Positions 54,308 to 64,000 of a DNA stretch of 64,000 nucleotides are shown here, one piece after another. Where the stretch lies: positions 134,141-198,140 of the forward strand of contig JBBQWV010000002.1 in assembly GCA_038210275.1 (NCBI GenBank), in the 5' to 3' direction. The first letter of the stretch is position 1; each line of letters begins with the position of its first letter. The position numbers and the translations under genes are program-made. The DNA comes from Candidatus Kapaibacterium sp. (GTDB lineage Bacteria > Bacteroidota > Ignavibacteria > Palsa-1295). The notes under the pieces were generated by a model. It had not been told where the DNA came from. It did no database searches and saw only the letters and a list, made by a program, of their open reading frames with translations.

Positions 54308-56760
54308 TAAATCGTATTTCTCTGCCGTTTTTTAAATATCAGAATACCTCCGAAAAGAAGCAGCGCTGTGATCGAGCTAATGCCTATGCCAGCCATAAAA
54401 ATATTCGGTTCAAATTTAAAAATGATCTCCGATTTACCGGCATCAACAATCACGCCTCGCATACAATGATTAACTCGGTAAATAGGCGCGGGCTTCCCGT
54501 TAATAGAACATTTCCAACCGGGGTAATAGGTATCGGTAAGAATAAGAATACCTTTCGTTTGGGTTTCGGTATTAATCCTAATCTCTTCATTTTCTGATCT
54601 GTCGAAGTGAATGCTGTTCTTTCCATCGGAATATTCTCCGAGATCATTCGGCGCATCTTCTTTTGTAAATACCGCTTCGGAGCCATCAAAATCTGAGCGA
54701 AGTAATTCGCTTGCCGCATCAATTTCTGTAGCAGCTACTTTAGTTTTAAATGCAAAATACGCTCTGGGTTTACAACGCAAGTTCTCATAGATGGTCATAC
54801 TATCAGCAGAAAACACCGGTTTCAGATTTGAAGTGGTAATCTGCCTTTTTCCGATAATCACATATTTTAGATTTGCAAGACCGAGCAGACGCAGATCAAG
54901 TGAATCACTCATGTTATGAAATCTATGAAAAAGACTCATACTTCGGTTTGAGCAGACTTCATATCCGTGAATATCATTTATTCCGTAGATATTCGAAGCA
55001 TTTGATGCAAGAATATAGGGATCCTTTGATGCGTCACGCCAAACGGTAAACCTGCTGCCTGATGAATCATTCTGTATGAATGAGACAATCGGATTCTTCG
55101 GATAAATTGGAAACTTCTCTGTATCAATGTTTGGCAGCCACGTTCTTGCTGAAACAGAAAGCTGCATCATTGTCAACACTAATAATAGCAGCAGTAAATT
55201 TCTTTGTGTGATTTTATTGTTCTGATAATATGCAATAGCTATAACAATAGCTATTGCTCCCAAGATCGGAAGCCACAGAGCCGGAGAGAAGGAGGAGTAA
55301 TAATGCAATGTCTTCGGGATTCTCCCATACATCCACGATTCATTTCCACTTCCGAAAGCTGAGCCGGGTACTTGTGGAGCAACATACTGAGTAAATTTGG
55401 AGAGAACCGTTGTGTAGTTGAGCGCGATATAAGCCCATACAAGTGCAAGAGCTGCGAATAATATTCCGAGAGTAACTTTTATCCATCGAAAGAACGCAGA
55501 GAATGAAGCTCGTACAATTGCGTTTCGAATAAACGATTGAAATGCTACTGCGCCGATAACACAAAATGCAAAACTTGAGACAATAAAAAACCGATGATAT
55601 ACAAATGAGAAAAGCGGTGTTGCGATTGGAAATAATACTCCGCAAAGTGCAATAATAATAAATGGGCGCATTGTTTTATTCTTCCATAAAGAATAACAGC
55701 CCCATAGCGCGAACAAAGCAGGTAAAAAAGCTATCGCACCATTGAAATTAATAATATCAACTCCGGCTATTTTCCGAAGATTATAGGATTGCGAATTCCC
55801 TAGCACTTCCGGAAAAAAGAACATAATGAGAAGCGGCAACGATAGCAGACGCTGCTTAATCGTGTAAGCATCATAGATATTTGTAGAGTTTAAACTTCCT
55901 CCTCTAAAAATAGTTTGGAAAAGCAGCTCTAACGTAGGCAGCCATATTATCGCGGAAAGAGCAAAAGAAACTATGCCAACAAAAGAAAGTATCCCAACCC
56001 GACCGAAGAATTTATATTTTAAATTACTTGAAGGATAGAATAAAATAATAATGGCTACAATGAATGCTGCAAAGACGGATGTTTGGAAATTACCTCCTAA
56101 AAAAGTCAGCGCAAGAAATAGTGATGCATATAATATATTTTGTTTTTGTGAGGTATAGAAATACCGCAGCAACATTAATACGACAAATGGAATCCAGCAG
56201 AATGATGCAATCGGACACCGGTAATGTGCGCTGGAAATGAACATACTGTTAAGCATATACGCACTTGCAAAGATCAGATTCACCAAGGGATCAACTCCGA
56301 TAAATCGCAAGAGGAGAAGCATACCGATCCCGGCAAGGAGTAATTCAAGCACTGTCTCCCAATGAATCACATCAACTGGACTAAACCAAAGAAGCAAGAT
56401 ATTAAAAACGTCGTAATTATTTGCCAGCGACTCAGCATACTCGGGATAACCACCTAATATATGAGGATTCCAATATGCAAGTGTTCCTCGCTCAAATGCT
56501 TTCTTAGTCTCTATCTTGTAAGGAAGTTCTTGGGCAAGTCCGTCAAAGACGTAATGATTTTGTGCTTGAGATGGAGCGTATTCCGTATTGAAAGGTGCTG
56601 TCATCGTATCGAAAAGATCGGCGGGCAGCATTGTCATCCCACCGAAAAGATACGGAAAAAAAGTAATGCAGATCAAACCTGCAAGTCCTGCGACGAGCCA
56701 TCGCAGTCTATACTGTTGGGGTTTAATCCCAGCTATTAATTCAGGCTCTCTCACTTCCAT
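54307..56760 (-). CDS. YfhO-family polytopic membrane protein, paralog 2, 817 aa
   Basis: Same length and collinear similarity to the downstream paralog (for example ...NGKPAPIYRVNHCMRGVIV... versus ...NGEETPIYRVNYCMRGVPI...). Stop overlaps the paralog start by 1 nt. Confidence 0.6.
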   Translation of the reverse strand: MEVREPELIAGIKPQQYRLRWLVAGLAGLICITFFPYLFGGMTMLPADLFDTMTAPFNTEYAPSQAQNHYVFDGLAQELPYKIETKKAFERGTLAYWNPHILGGYPEYAESLANNYDVFNILLLWFSPVDVIHWETVLELLLAGIGMLLLLRFIGVDPLVNLIFASAYMLNSMFISSAHYRCPIASFCWIPFVVLMLLRYFYTSQKQNILYASLFLALTFLGGNFQTSVFAAFIVAIIILFYPSSNLKYKFFGRVGILSFVGIVSFALSAIIWLPTLELLFQTIFRGGSLNSTNIYDAYTIKQRLLSLPLLIMFFFPEVLGNSQSYNLRKIAGVDIINFNGAIAFLPALFALWGCYSLWKNKTMRPFIIIALCGVLFPIATPLFSFVYHRFFIVSSFAFCVIGAVAFQSFIRNAIVRASFSAFFRWIKVTLGILFAALALVWAYIALNYTTVLSKFTQYVAPQVPGSAFGSGNESWMYGRIPKTLHYYSSFSPALWLPILGAIAIVIAIAYYQNNKITQRNLLLLLLVLTMMQLSVSARTWLPNIDTEKFPIYPKNPIVSFIQNDSSGSRFTVWRDASKDPYILASNASNIYGINDIHGYEVCSNRSMSLFHRFHNMSDSLDLRLLGLANLKYVIIGKRQITTSNLKPVFSADSMTIYENLRCKPRAYFAFKTKVAATEIDAASELLRSDFDGSEAVFTKEDAPNDLGEYSDGKNSIHFDRSENEEIRINTETQTKGILILTDTYYPGWKCSINGKPAPIYRVNHCMRGVIVDAGKSEIIFKFEPNIFMAGIGISSITALLLFGGILIFKKRQRNTI

Positions 56761-56772
56761 GCATATTTCTTT

Positions 56773-58233
56773 TTATTGCATTCCAACAAAAAACTTTCTT
56801 TCCTTTTGTTTATTCAAAAACGCTTGAACGCTAAGAAGAGCGTCAGTATTTTTATCGACATACTCTTGATGCAATTTTTCGCTTACTTCAGAAGTAAATT
56901 CATCCGCAACAAATTTTGTCGAGAACTCCCCATTTTGAAATTTTTTATTTTCCATCACGAATCGTGCAAATGGTATAGTCGTTGAAACTCCAACGATTCG
57001 CATCTCAGCAAGCGCGCGCTCCATACGCTTAATTGCTTTTGCACGATCTATATCCCATACAATTAACTTGCTCAAAAGCGAGTCGTAATAACCCGATACT
57101 TCCAAGCCTGAAAAAAGTCCGCTGTCATTGCGAACAAATGCTCCGCCCGGATGACGAACATACGCGATCTTTCCTAAACTCGGAAGGAAATCATTCCAGA
57201 CATCTTCGGCTTGAATTCGTGCCTCGATTGAATGACCTCGCGCTATTATATTTTTCTGCTGCAATCCGAGTTTCTCGCCTTCAGCTATGCGGAATTGCTC
57301 GCGTACAAGATCCATACCTGTGACAAATTCTGTAACCGGATGCTCGACCTGCAATCTTGTATTTACCTCAAGGAAATAATATTTTCCTTTATCGTCAACA
57401 AGAAACTCGACTGTTCCTGCTCCCTCATACTTTGCTTCGCGAATAAGCGAGATCGCGGCTTCTCCCATTTCTTTTCGCATTGCCTCATTCAAAGTAACTG
57501 ACGGCGATTCTTCGATCAGCTTTTGATTGCGTCTCTGTATCGAGCATTCACGTTCGCCGAGATGAACAGCATTACCATGAGAATCAGCAAGTATCTGAAA
57601 TTCGATATGTCGCGGACTGGTAATATATTTTTCTATATATACTCGGTCGTCACCGAATGAACTCAGCGCTTCGCTCTTTGCGCGTGTTAGACCTTCGCTA
57701 ATTCCCTCTTCCGATTCAACTATTCGCATTCCCTTTCCGCCGCCGCCTGCTGCGGCTTTAAGCATTACCGGGTAGCCGATCTTCTTTGCTACTTCTTTTG
57801 CTTCTGCTTCACCCTGCAATGCTTCTGTTGTTCCGCCCGGAGTTGGTACGCCGAGTCTCTTTGCAAGAGTACGTGCTTTGGTTTTATCACCGAGCAAGTC
57901 AATTGCATCGGGGGTCGGACCAATAAATTTTATTCCAGCCTTTGCACATTCCTCGGAGAAAAGTGCATTCTCCGAAAGAAACCCATATCCGGGATGCACA
58001 GCATCTGCTTTTGTTTTTTTGGCGATTGCAAGAACTTGAGCATGATCAAGATAGGATTCTTTCGGAAGATTTCCCGACAGAACGTGAGGCTCTTCTGCTT
58101 CTCGCACATAAAGAGCATTCGCGTCATGCGGCGAATGAATCGCAATCGAATGATAGCCGCATTCATGCGCTGAACGAATGACACGTCTAGCGATCTCAGA
58201 ACGATTGGCAATGAGAATATTTTTGAGTTTCAT
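56773..58233 (-). CDS. accC: biotin carboxylase (acetyl-CoA carboxylase AccC / two-subunit pyruvate carboxylase PycA-type), 486 aa
   Basis: MKLKNILIANRSEIARRVIRSAHECG, ATP-grasp domain, C-terminal biotin carboxylase domain. No biotinyl (BCCP) domain. Confidence 0.85.
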   Translation of the reverse strand: MKLKNILIANRSEIARRVIRSAHECGYHSIAIHSPHDANALYVREAEEPHVLSGNLPKESYLDHAQVLAIAKKTKADAVHPGYGFLSENALFSEECAKAGIKFIGPTPDAIDLLGDKTKARTLAKRLGVPTPGGTTEALQGEAEAKEVAKKIGYPVMLKAAAGGGGKGMRIVESEEGISEGLTRAKSEALSSFGDDRVYIEKYITSPRHIEFQILADSHGNAVHLGERECSIQRRNQKLIEESPSVTLNEAMRKEMGEAAISLIREAKYEGAGTVEFLVDDKGKYYFLEVNTRLQVEHPVTEFVTGMDLVREQFRIAEGEKLGLQQKNIIARGHSIEARIQAEDVWNDFLPSLGKIAYVRHPGGAFVRNDSGLFSGLEVSGYYDSLLSKLIVWDIDRAKAIKRMERALAEMRIVGVSTTIPFARFVMENKKFQNGEFSTKFVADEFTSEVSEKLHQEYVDKNTDALLSVQAFLNKQKERKFFVGMQ

Positions 58234-60735
58234 TTATTTCAATTCTACGATTGTTACCCCCATTCCGCCCTCTGTTCGTTCGCCAAATCGGAATGTTGCC
58301 ACAACGGGATTGGATTTTAGCGATTGATGAATTCGTCTGCCGAGCGCTCCTGTTCCGGTGCCGTGAAGTATTTCTACTTTATCCAAGCCCCGCGCGTTCG
58401 CCGTTGCAATAAATTTTTCTACTTCCACTACGCCTTCATCACCATACTTGCCGCGTAAGTCAATTCGCGGACTGAATGCCTCGTCGTAAAAAGTACCGAA
58501 TTGCTTCATCTTTCGCTCGTCGTGCCTCGCTTCTTTATGGGAGATCACTTCAAGCTGTGAAAGCTTTGCTTTCAGTTTCATTGAGCCAAAAGCAACTTCG
58601 GCTTCATTACCTTTTACTGATAGTACTTCGCCGGTTTGTGCGGGATTTGAAAGAAGTCTTACGTTTGCTCCAATTTTTAATTCAAGATTCTTTTCTACCG
58701 TTGGTGCACTCGCTGTTTTATGCTCATCAACTTCCTTTACGATCTCTGCCAACTCCATCTTTTGCTTCGCGCGTAAATCCGAAAGTTCGGCTGTCTGTTC
58801 TTTTACATACTCTTTCGCAACCGGAGCAGCAGCTTCACGCGCTTCGCGGATCGCTCGTTCAACAAAACTATTTGCTTTTGTCAAGAGCGCATCTGCCTGA
58901 TTTGAGGCTTCTGCAAGAATCTTTTTCTTTTGAGAAGTAATCTCTCCGCTTAACCTCTCATATTCAATTCGTTCGATGCGCGATCTGCCAAGTTCTTTTT
59001 CTATTTCTGCTTTCTTTGCTGAAAGCTCCTGCTCTTTCACGCTCATCGAATGGATAAGGTCTTCAAGCCTCGACGATTTCCCTCCTGCAATCTCTCTTGC
59101 ATGAGTGATGATACGTTTCGGAAGTTCATAACGCTCTGCAATATCGAATGCATGAGATGAACCGGGTATGCCAATACGAAAACGGTACGTTGGCTTGAGA
59201 TCGCTTTCACTGAATTCCATAGAGCCGTTAATAGCTCCCTTATATGTCTCAGCAAATGCAGCAAGTCTTCCGTAATGAGTTGTAGCAATGGTAAAACCTG
59301 CGTTTTTTGTGAGATGCTCAAGAATACTTTCTGCGAGTGCGCCACCTTCTTCCGGCGCCGTTCCGCTTCCGATCTCATCAAGAAGCACAACGCTATACTC
59401 ATTCGCCTGCTCAATGATTTCTTTTAATGAACGGATATGCGAACTGAAGGTGGAAAGATCATCGGCGATAGATTGCGCGTCGCCGATGTCAACATAAAGT
59501 CCATCAATTGAAGGAAGGACAGCATCAGGCATTGCAGGAATCGGAAGACCTGCATGACTCATCAATAAAATTATTCCAAGTGTTTTAAGAAGAACTGTCT
59601 TTCCTCCGGCATTCGGTCCTGTCAAAACGACTGTTCTCTTTTCGTCATCAAGTGTAATTGAGAACGGTACTGTCTTCTCTCTTCCAAGTTTTGTAATCAG
59701 GAAAGGATGCCGCGCTTCATGAAGCACGATAGTACTATCTTTCGGATCACGATGCGATTGGATGGTTGGCGTCGATGACTCTATAGAGATCGCATAGCGG
59801 CTTTTTGCTGTCACTGCTTCAAGATGCCCTGCCACTTCAAGTGAATGCAGCATCACAGGCACTGAGGAGCGAATACGTTCAGTAAGTTCACGGAGGATTC
59901 GATCGATCTCGCGCTGCTCTGCAAACTCATAAGAACGCAGTTCATTGTTGAGTTCGATAGTTTCCGCCGGCTCGATGTATATCGTTTGTCCTGTCTGCGA
60001 AGCAGAGTGAATCATGCCCGCTACTCTTCGTTTATGCTCACTCTTGACCGGAATTACCGATCTTCCATCACGCTGAGTGATAATATTTTCCTGAAGCAAG
60101 TCGTCTTCGGTAAATTTCTTTATCAGCGATGCAAGTTTAGTACGAAGGCGTTCACCTGTAGTGACAATGTCGCGGCGAATGCGATTGAGTTCAGAACTTG
60201 CAGAATCTCTAATTGATCCATTCTCTTCAAAGACAGAATCAAATGCCATTTCAATTAAACGGTCTTCGAAGAGATGCACTGCTGACCGCCAAATCGTTGG
60301 TGCAACCTTTGTTCTTTTTGCAAAAAAATCACGAAGTAATCGCATCCCTTTCAATGTTCGGAGAAGCGGCAGACCTTCATCTATATAGATGGTGCTTCCA
60401 TCAATATCAACTTTATGAAGAATGCTGCGAATATCATGGATTCCATCGAAGTTCGGAATTTCACCTGAGCCGATCAGTATCCGAATCTCATCTATCTCCG
60501 CAAATGAGTCCGTGATCTTCTCGCGATCACGTTTGGGAACAAGTTCTTTCGCAAGCGATAATCTTCCAAGAGATGAATGCGCAAACCGCAAGTGTGCGGC
60601 AAGGATTTCATCATACTGTAGAACCTGCGCAGCACGTCTGAACTGATGCGGAATGTCCCGCAAAAGCTGTGTGCGCAATTGATCGGTTGGGATATTTACG
60701 CGATCTTGTTCGGAGAAATCTGTTTCGTCTGCCAT
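58234..60735 (-). CDS. mutS2: endonuclease MutS2 (MutS domain III/IV ATPase plus C-terminal Smr)
   Basis: Walker A VLTGPNAGGKTVLLKT. C-terminal Smr domain IDLRGKYGDEG...ILHGTGTGALG. Confidence 0.9.
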   Translation of the reverse strand: MADETDFSEQDRVNIPTDQLRTQLLRDIPHQFRRAAQVLQYDEILAAHLRFAHSSLGRLSLAKELVPKRDREKITDSFAEIDEIRILIGSGEIPNFDGIHDIRSILHKVDIDGSTIYIDEGLPLLRTLKGMRLLRDFFAKRTKVAPTIWRSAVHLFEDRLIEMAFDSVFEENGSIRDSASSELNRIRRDIVTTGERLRTKLASLIKKFTEDDLLQENIITQRDGRSVIPVKSEHKRRVAGMIHSASQTGQTIYIEPAETIELNNELRSYEFAEQREIDRILRELTERIRSSVPVMLHSLEVAGHLEAVTAKSRYAISIESSTPTIQSHRDPKDSTIVLHEARHPFLITKLGREKTVPFSITLDDEKRTVVLTGPNAGGKTVLLKTLGIILLMSHAGLPIPAMPDAVLPSIDGLYVDIGDAQSIADDLSTFSSHIRSLKEIIEQANEYSVVLLDEIGSGTAPEEGGALAESILEHLTKNAGFTIATTHYGRLAAFAETYKGAINGSMEFSESDLKPTYRFRIGIPGSSHAFDIAERYELPKRIITHAREIAGGKSSRLEDLIHSMSVKEQELSAKKAEIEKELGRSRIERIEYERLSGEITSQKKKILAEASNQADALLTKANSFVERAIREAREAAAPVAKEYVKEQTAELSDLRAKQKMELAEIVKEVDEHKTASAPTVEKNLELKIGANVRLLSNPAQTGEVLSVKGNEAEVAFGSMKLKAKLSQLEVISHKEARHDERKMKQFGTFYDEAFSPRIDLRGKYGDEGVVEVEKFIATANARGLDKVEILHGTGTGALGRRIHQSLKSNPVVATFRFGERTEGGMGVTIVELK

Positions 60736-61248
60736 CTATTTTCTGAGTGTATCGTTCGGCGTCATATCATCATAGACTTCGCTTGATAATTGGCCGACAA
60801 GCGGCTTCAATTGCGAGACCATCAGTGTCGATGATCTTAGAACCATCGGATAAACAATGGATGAGTTTGCAGATCTTGTGGAAGGCAATTGAAAGATTCG
60901 TAGAAATCCAAAAAGCAAGCCAAGCAAAAGAACAGCTCTGAGAAATCCGAAGATCGCACCAAATATTTTATCAGCGCCAGCGAGAAATCCTTTTTTCGGT
61001 TTGATCCATCTCTTGATGAAACTTGCGATAATCAGGATAATAATAAACAGGATAAAAAATCCTGTTACTGGATGAAGCAACGTGGGACCAACGCCAATTG
61101 CTTTTCCGAACGGAGTTGCAAAAAGTGTCGCAATAATGATCGCCGTGACAAGTACGAGAATTGAAACGAACATAGTGATCGCTCCTTTTTTCCACCCGCG
61201 ATATACCGCGAATAGAAGAAGAGCGACGATTAGGAAATCAAGAATCAT
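60736..61248 (-). CDS. cvpA: CvpA-family membrane protein
   Basis: MILDFLIVALLLFAVYRGWKKGA and four TM helices are characteristic of CvpA. Confidence 0.7.
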   Translation of the reverse strand: MILDFLIVALLLFAVYRGWKKGAITMFVSILVLVTAIIIATLFATPFGKAIGVGPTLLHPVTGFFILFIIILIIASFIKRWIKPKKGFLAGADKIFGAIFGFLRAVLLLGLLFGFLRIFQLPSTRSANSSIVYPMVLRSSTLMVSQLKPLVGQLSSEVYDDMTPNDTLRK

Positions 61249-61697
61249 AACGCTGCTAATTTTTCTTTAACAATTTCCTGAACTAACTTTCCATCGGCTT
61301 TGCCTTTCAGCTCTTTCATCAGAACAGGAATAACCTTATTCGTATCCGCAGCTCCGGTCGCTCCGACTTCAGCGATCACTTCAACTACGCGCTTTTCGAC
61401 TTCTTCGCGAGTCATTTGCTTTGGCAAATACTCTGCGATGATCTCATATTCTGCTTTTTCTTTTTCAGCAAGTTCTGGGCGGTTGTTCGTTTGGAAAAGC
61501 TCCTGCGCCTCCTTGCGCTTTTTTGCAGCAGAGAGAAGCAGCTTTAACTCTTCATCTGCTGTCATTGCGCGGTCTGTTCCACTTTTTTCAAAATCCAAAA
61601 TAAGCGCGCGCAAGCTGCGCAGCGTTTCGGTGCGTAGCTTATCTCCTGATTTCATTGAGGCTGTCAGGTCAGCCGTAATTGTCTCTTTTAATGCCAT
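61245..61697 (-). CDS. yqeY: GatB/YqeY domain protein
   Basis: MALKETITADLTASMKSGDKLRTETLRSLRA matches the YqeY N-terminal motif. 150 aa. Confidence 0.7.
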   Translation of the reverse strand: MALKETITADLTASMKSGDKLRTETLRSLRALILDFEKSGTDRAMTADEELKLLLSAAKKRKEAQELFQTNNRPELAEKEKAEYEIIAEYLPKQMTREEVEKRVVEVIAEVGATGAADTNKVIPVLMKELKGKADGKLVQEIVKEKLAAL

Positions 61698-61731
61698 AAT
61701 TTTTTTTGATTCGAAATCCTAAATTAAAATT

Positions 61732-62406
61732 TTAGAGTCCATTTGGTACGCGAAGTACTGATCCGTTCACTGCTTTGCCTTCATCCGATGCTAAGAACAA
61801 ACAAAGAGCCGCAATATCTTCCGGCTTCGTCCATTTGGGAATATCTTCCGGTGCGCCCCACGATTCATTTGCTTTTGTATGAATCACCGTCGGCACAATA
61901 CAATTCGCATTCACTCCGTACTCTTTCGTTTCAAGTGCAATAGTTTGCGTGAATACAATCACAGCGGCTTTGGCAGCAACATAAGCCGCTTTCTTTGGTT
62001 CGGGCTTTAACGCAGTTTCAGCCCCCATTGTTACTATTGAGCCTACTCCAACCGGTTTCATTAATTTCGTCGCTTGCTTGACGCAATGAAATGTTGCAAG
62101 GATATTCAGATCCATCACATAACGAAAATCCTCTGTTGAAATTTCCTCATGCGGCGCCCACGGCTTTAAGCCGCCGATCGTTGCAAAGAGCAATCGCGGC
62201 GCACCAAACTTTTGGTTTGCATAATTAAATGCAGCCTCAACTGACGATTCATTTGCACTATCAATTTTCTGAAAAAGGAAGTGCTCATCTCTGAATCCGT
62301 CATCAAATGCATCCATTCCTGCCACGTTCCAGCCCTTACCCAAAAAATACTTTCGCGTGGCGCTTCCGAGTCCGCCGGATGATCCGGTTAAATATAATGT
62401 ATTCAT
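61732..62406 (-). CDS. SDR-family NAD(P)-dependent oxidoreductase
   Basis: TGSSGGLG Rossmann glycine motif. Downstream YVAAKAA (YxxxK) catalytic motif. Confidence 0.65.
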   Translation of the reverse strand: MNTLYLTGSSGGLGSATRKYFLGKGWNVAGMDAFDDGFRDEHFLFQKIDSANESSVEAAFNYANQKFGAPRLLFATIGGLKPWAPHEEISTEDFRYVMDLNILATFHCVKQATKLMKPVGVGSIVTMGAETALKPEPKKAAYVAAKAAVIVFTQTIALETKEYGVNANCIVPTVIHTKANESWGAPEDIPKWTKPEDIAALCLFLASDEGKAVNGSVLRVPNGL

Positions 62407-62549
62407 AATATGCAAAGTTACGGAAGAAGTACGACTCCCCATCTCAAAAAAAACATCCTATTCAATTAAAGCGATGGTGCATTGTTCAGGTAGTATTCCA
62501 AAAAATGTAGTAAATTGCATAAATTATCACGTACGCATCTCGCACAATA

Positions 62550-63827
62550 ATGCTAAACTCGCAGGAAAACTCAATTATCTTGACTTCCGATCATCCTGAT
62601 CCGCAGTCCGCTATTTCCGAGATCAAGCATGCATCCCGCTTCGATGGAATCGCAATTGCATTAGGTGGACTGGCGCTTGTCGTGCTCGTAGCATTTATTA
62701 TTGAAGGCTTTTGGCCCTTCGTGATCGCTGCTGCTCTTTTTCTTCTTCTCTTTCCTTTCCGGGAATACCGCGCTTCTCGGACGATCATGTTTGCCGCTGG
62801 AATTCTTACAGGTCTTTGGCTTTTTATCACGCTCGCAAGTCTGATGCTTCCTTTTATTATCGGACTTCTGATCGCCTATCTCTTTAATCCGGTAGTAACG
62901 CGGATCGAATCTAAATGGAAAATTGCGCGAGGTTGGAGTTCGCTTGTAATCGTCATTCTTTTATGCACCATCGTTTTCATACTGGGTTGGCTGCTTATTC
63001 CTATCATTATCGATCAATTACAAACATTGCTTATGACGATCTCCGATTATTTTCAACATTCAAAGTTAACGTTTGATGAGAAAGGAATTCGTAATTTCTT
63101 TTTATCGCTTGGGTTGCCGCAGAAATTTACCGATCAATATCTGACAACACAGATCAATCAACAGTTAAAAATACTCTATACTGGGCTTCCGGAAGTTATG
63201 GTCACCATACTTTCTGCTTTACCGGGATATGCGGCACGTATGCTTGATCTTATTATTATTCCTATCGCCGCGATCTACTTTCTCAAAGATTGGCAGGTGA
63301 TGGTAGAGAGTATAGAATCACTCGTCTCACAACGACATAGACCGGCATTTATTACAACATTCCGCAATATAGATAAAGTACTTTACGGATATATTCGTGG
63401 ACAATCAACGGTTGCTGCGATCATCGGATTATTGGCAGCCATTGCTTTCACAATTCTCGGTATTCCTTATGGCGCACTACTAGGGCTTGTCGTCGCGCTC
63501 TTCGATCTTATCCCGTTCATCGGACTTATCGTCAGCATCATTGTTGTCGAAGTTGTGATATTACTCACGATGCCAATAACTTTCGGCTCGCTTGCAAGCG
63601 GATTTTTAGTGATTGCCGGATTGCATACATTCGAGAATTATTATTTGGGTCCAAAAATTGTCGGCAAAGGAGTGGGCATTCCACCGGTACTTATTATTAT
63701 TTCGATATTCGTCTTTGGCTACTTCATGGGATTTATCGGAATGATTATCGCCGTGCCACTGACAGGTATTATCTTGCTCTTTGTCCGCGAATATAGGCAA
63801 GCACTTGTCGAACATCCTTTACAATAA
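62550..63827 (+). CDS. AI-2E (UPF0118/PerM) family transporter
   Basis: Eight TM pattern with conserved ...YGYIRGQ... and C-terminal ...PLTGIILLFVREY... typical of AI-2E transporters. Confidence 0.7.
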   Translation: MLNSQENSIILTSDHPDPQSAISEIKHASRFDGIAIALGGLALVVLVAFIIEGFWPFVIAAALFLLLFPFREYRASRTIMFAAGILTGLWLFITLASLMLPFIIGLLIAYLFNPVVTRIESKWKIARGWSSLVIVILLCTIVFILGWLLIPIIIDQLQTLLMTISDYFQHSKLTFDEKGIRNFFLSLGLPQKFTDQYLTTQINQQLKILYTGLPEVMVTILSALPGYAARMLDLIIIPIAAIYFLKDWQVMVESIESLVSQRHRPAFITTFRNIDKVLYGYIRGQSTVAAIIGLLAAIAFTILGIPYGALLGLVVALFDLIPFIGLIVSIIVVEVVILLTMPITFGSLASGFLVIAGLHTFENYYLGPKIVGKGVGIPPVLIIISIFVFGYFMGFIGMIIAVPLTGIILLFVREYRQALVEHPLQ

Positions 63828-63830
63828 CTG

Positions 63831-64000
63831 ATGAAGGGCACGCTGCATATTGTCTCTACTCCGATTGGAAATATTACAGATATTTCTGCTCGTGCAATCG
63901 AGGCAATAAGAAATTGCGACATCCTTCTATGCGAAGAAGCAAAACCTGCAAGGCGGCTTCTCTCGCAATTACAAATTCAAAAAGAATTTATTCTACTCAA
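63831..64000 (+). CDS. rsmI: 16S rRNA (cytidine1402-2'-O)-methyltransferase RsmI, 3'-truncated by window end
   Basis: MKGTLHIVSTPIGNITDISARAIEAIRNCDILLCEE matches the RsmI N-terminus (GTLY.V.TPIGNL.D...RA...L). Confidence 0.6.
   Translation, partial: MKGTLHIVSTPIGNITDISARAIEAIRNCDILLCEEAKPARRLLSQLQIQKEFILL

Noticed and set aside
54450-55645. Minus- and plus-strand small ORFs lie inside the YfhO paralogs, and at 52113..53411.
   Set aside because: They are embedded in long hydrophobic membrane-protein ORFs and are frame shadows.
58476-60646. Plus-strand ORFs lie inside mutS2.
   Set aside because: They are antisense shadow ORFs. MutS2 motifs (Walker A, Smr) unambiguously define the minus-strand gene.

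Overview
This 64 kb window is chromosomal DNA at about 40% GC. Nine proteins ending in a type IX secretion (T9SS) C-terminal sorting domain (…G.YY.…K.I… endings) point to the FCB group (Bacteroidota/Ignavibacteriota-like). The gene set is mostly housekeeping. The recognisable genes are valS, trpS, asnB, purM, recQ, mutS2, accC-like biotin carboxylase, lexA, apbC, sdhB, nuoE-nuoF, nusG-secE-rpmG with five tRNAs, rlmI-like, cvpA, yqeY and a 3'-truncated rsmI. Interspersed with these is an unusually dense set of secreted or outer-membrane proteins: T9SS cargo, lipoproteins, beta-barrels and a TonB-dependent receptor.

Four things stand out:
- **Palindromic repeats:** two small MITE/REP-like families are present, A (~112 nt) and B (~50 nt). 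Copies are at convergent intergenic sites, flanking lexA, and twice inside the valS reading frame with no frame disruption. The A copy in valS is exactly 96 nt, which is reminiscent of Rickettsia palindromic elements.
- **Envelope glycosylation module:** a CsbB/GtrB-like GT2 gene sits next to two tandem 817-aa YfhO-family paralogs.
- **Frameshifted T9SS gene:** a BNR-repeat T9SS cargo gene is broken at a G5 homopolymer.
- **Unusual translation-cluster spacers:** the tRNA-rpmG-secE-nusG cluster lacks tuf and rplK and carries long structured spacers, including a (GGATGAA)n heptamer hairpin.

Also present are a mazEF-like toxin-antitoxin pair directly upstream of asnB, tandem lipoprotein paralogs, and an isolated nuoEF pair next to a stand-alone sdhB. 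I saw no CRISPR array, transposase or integrase.
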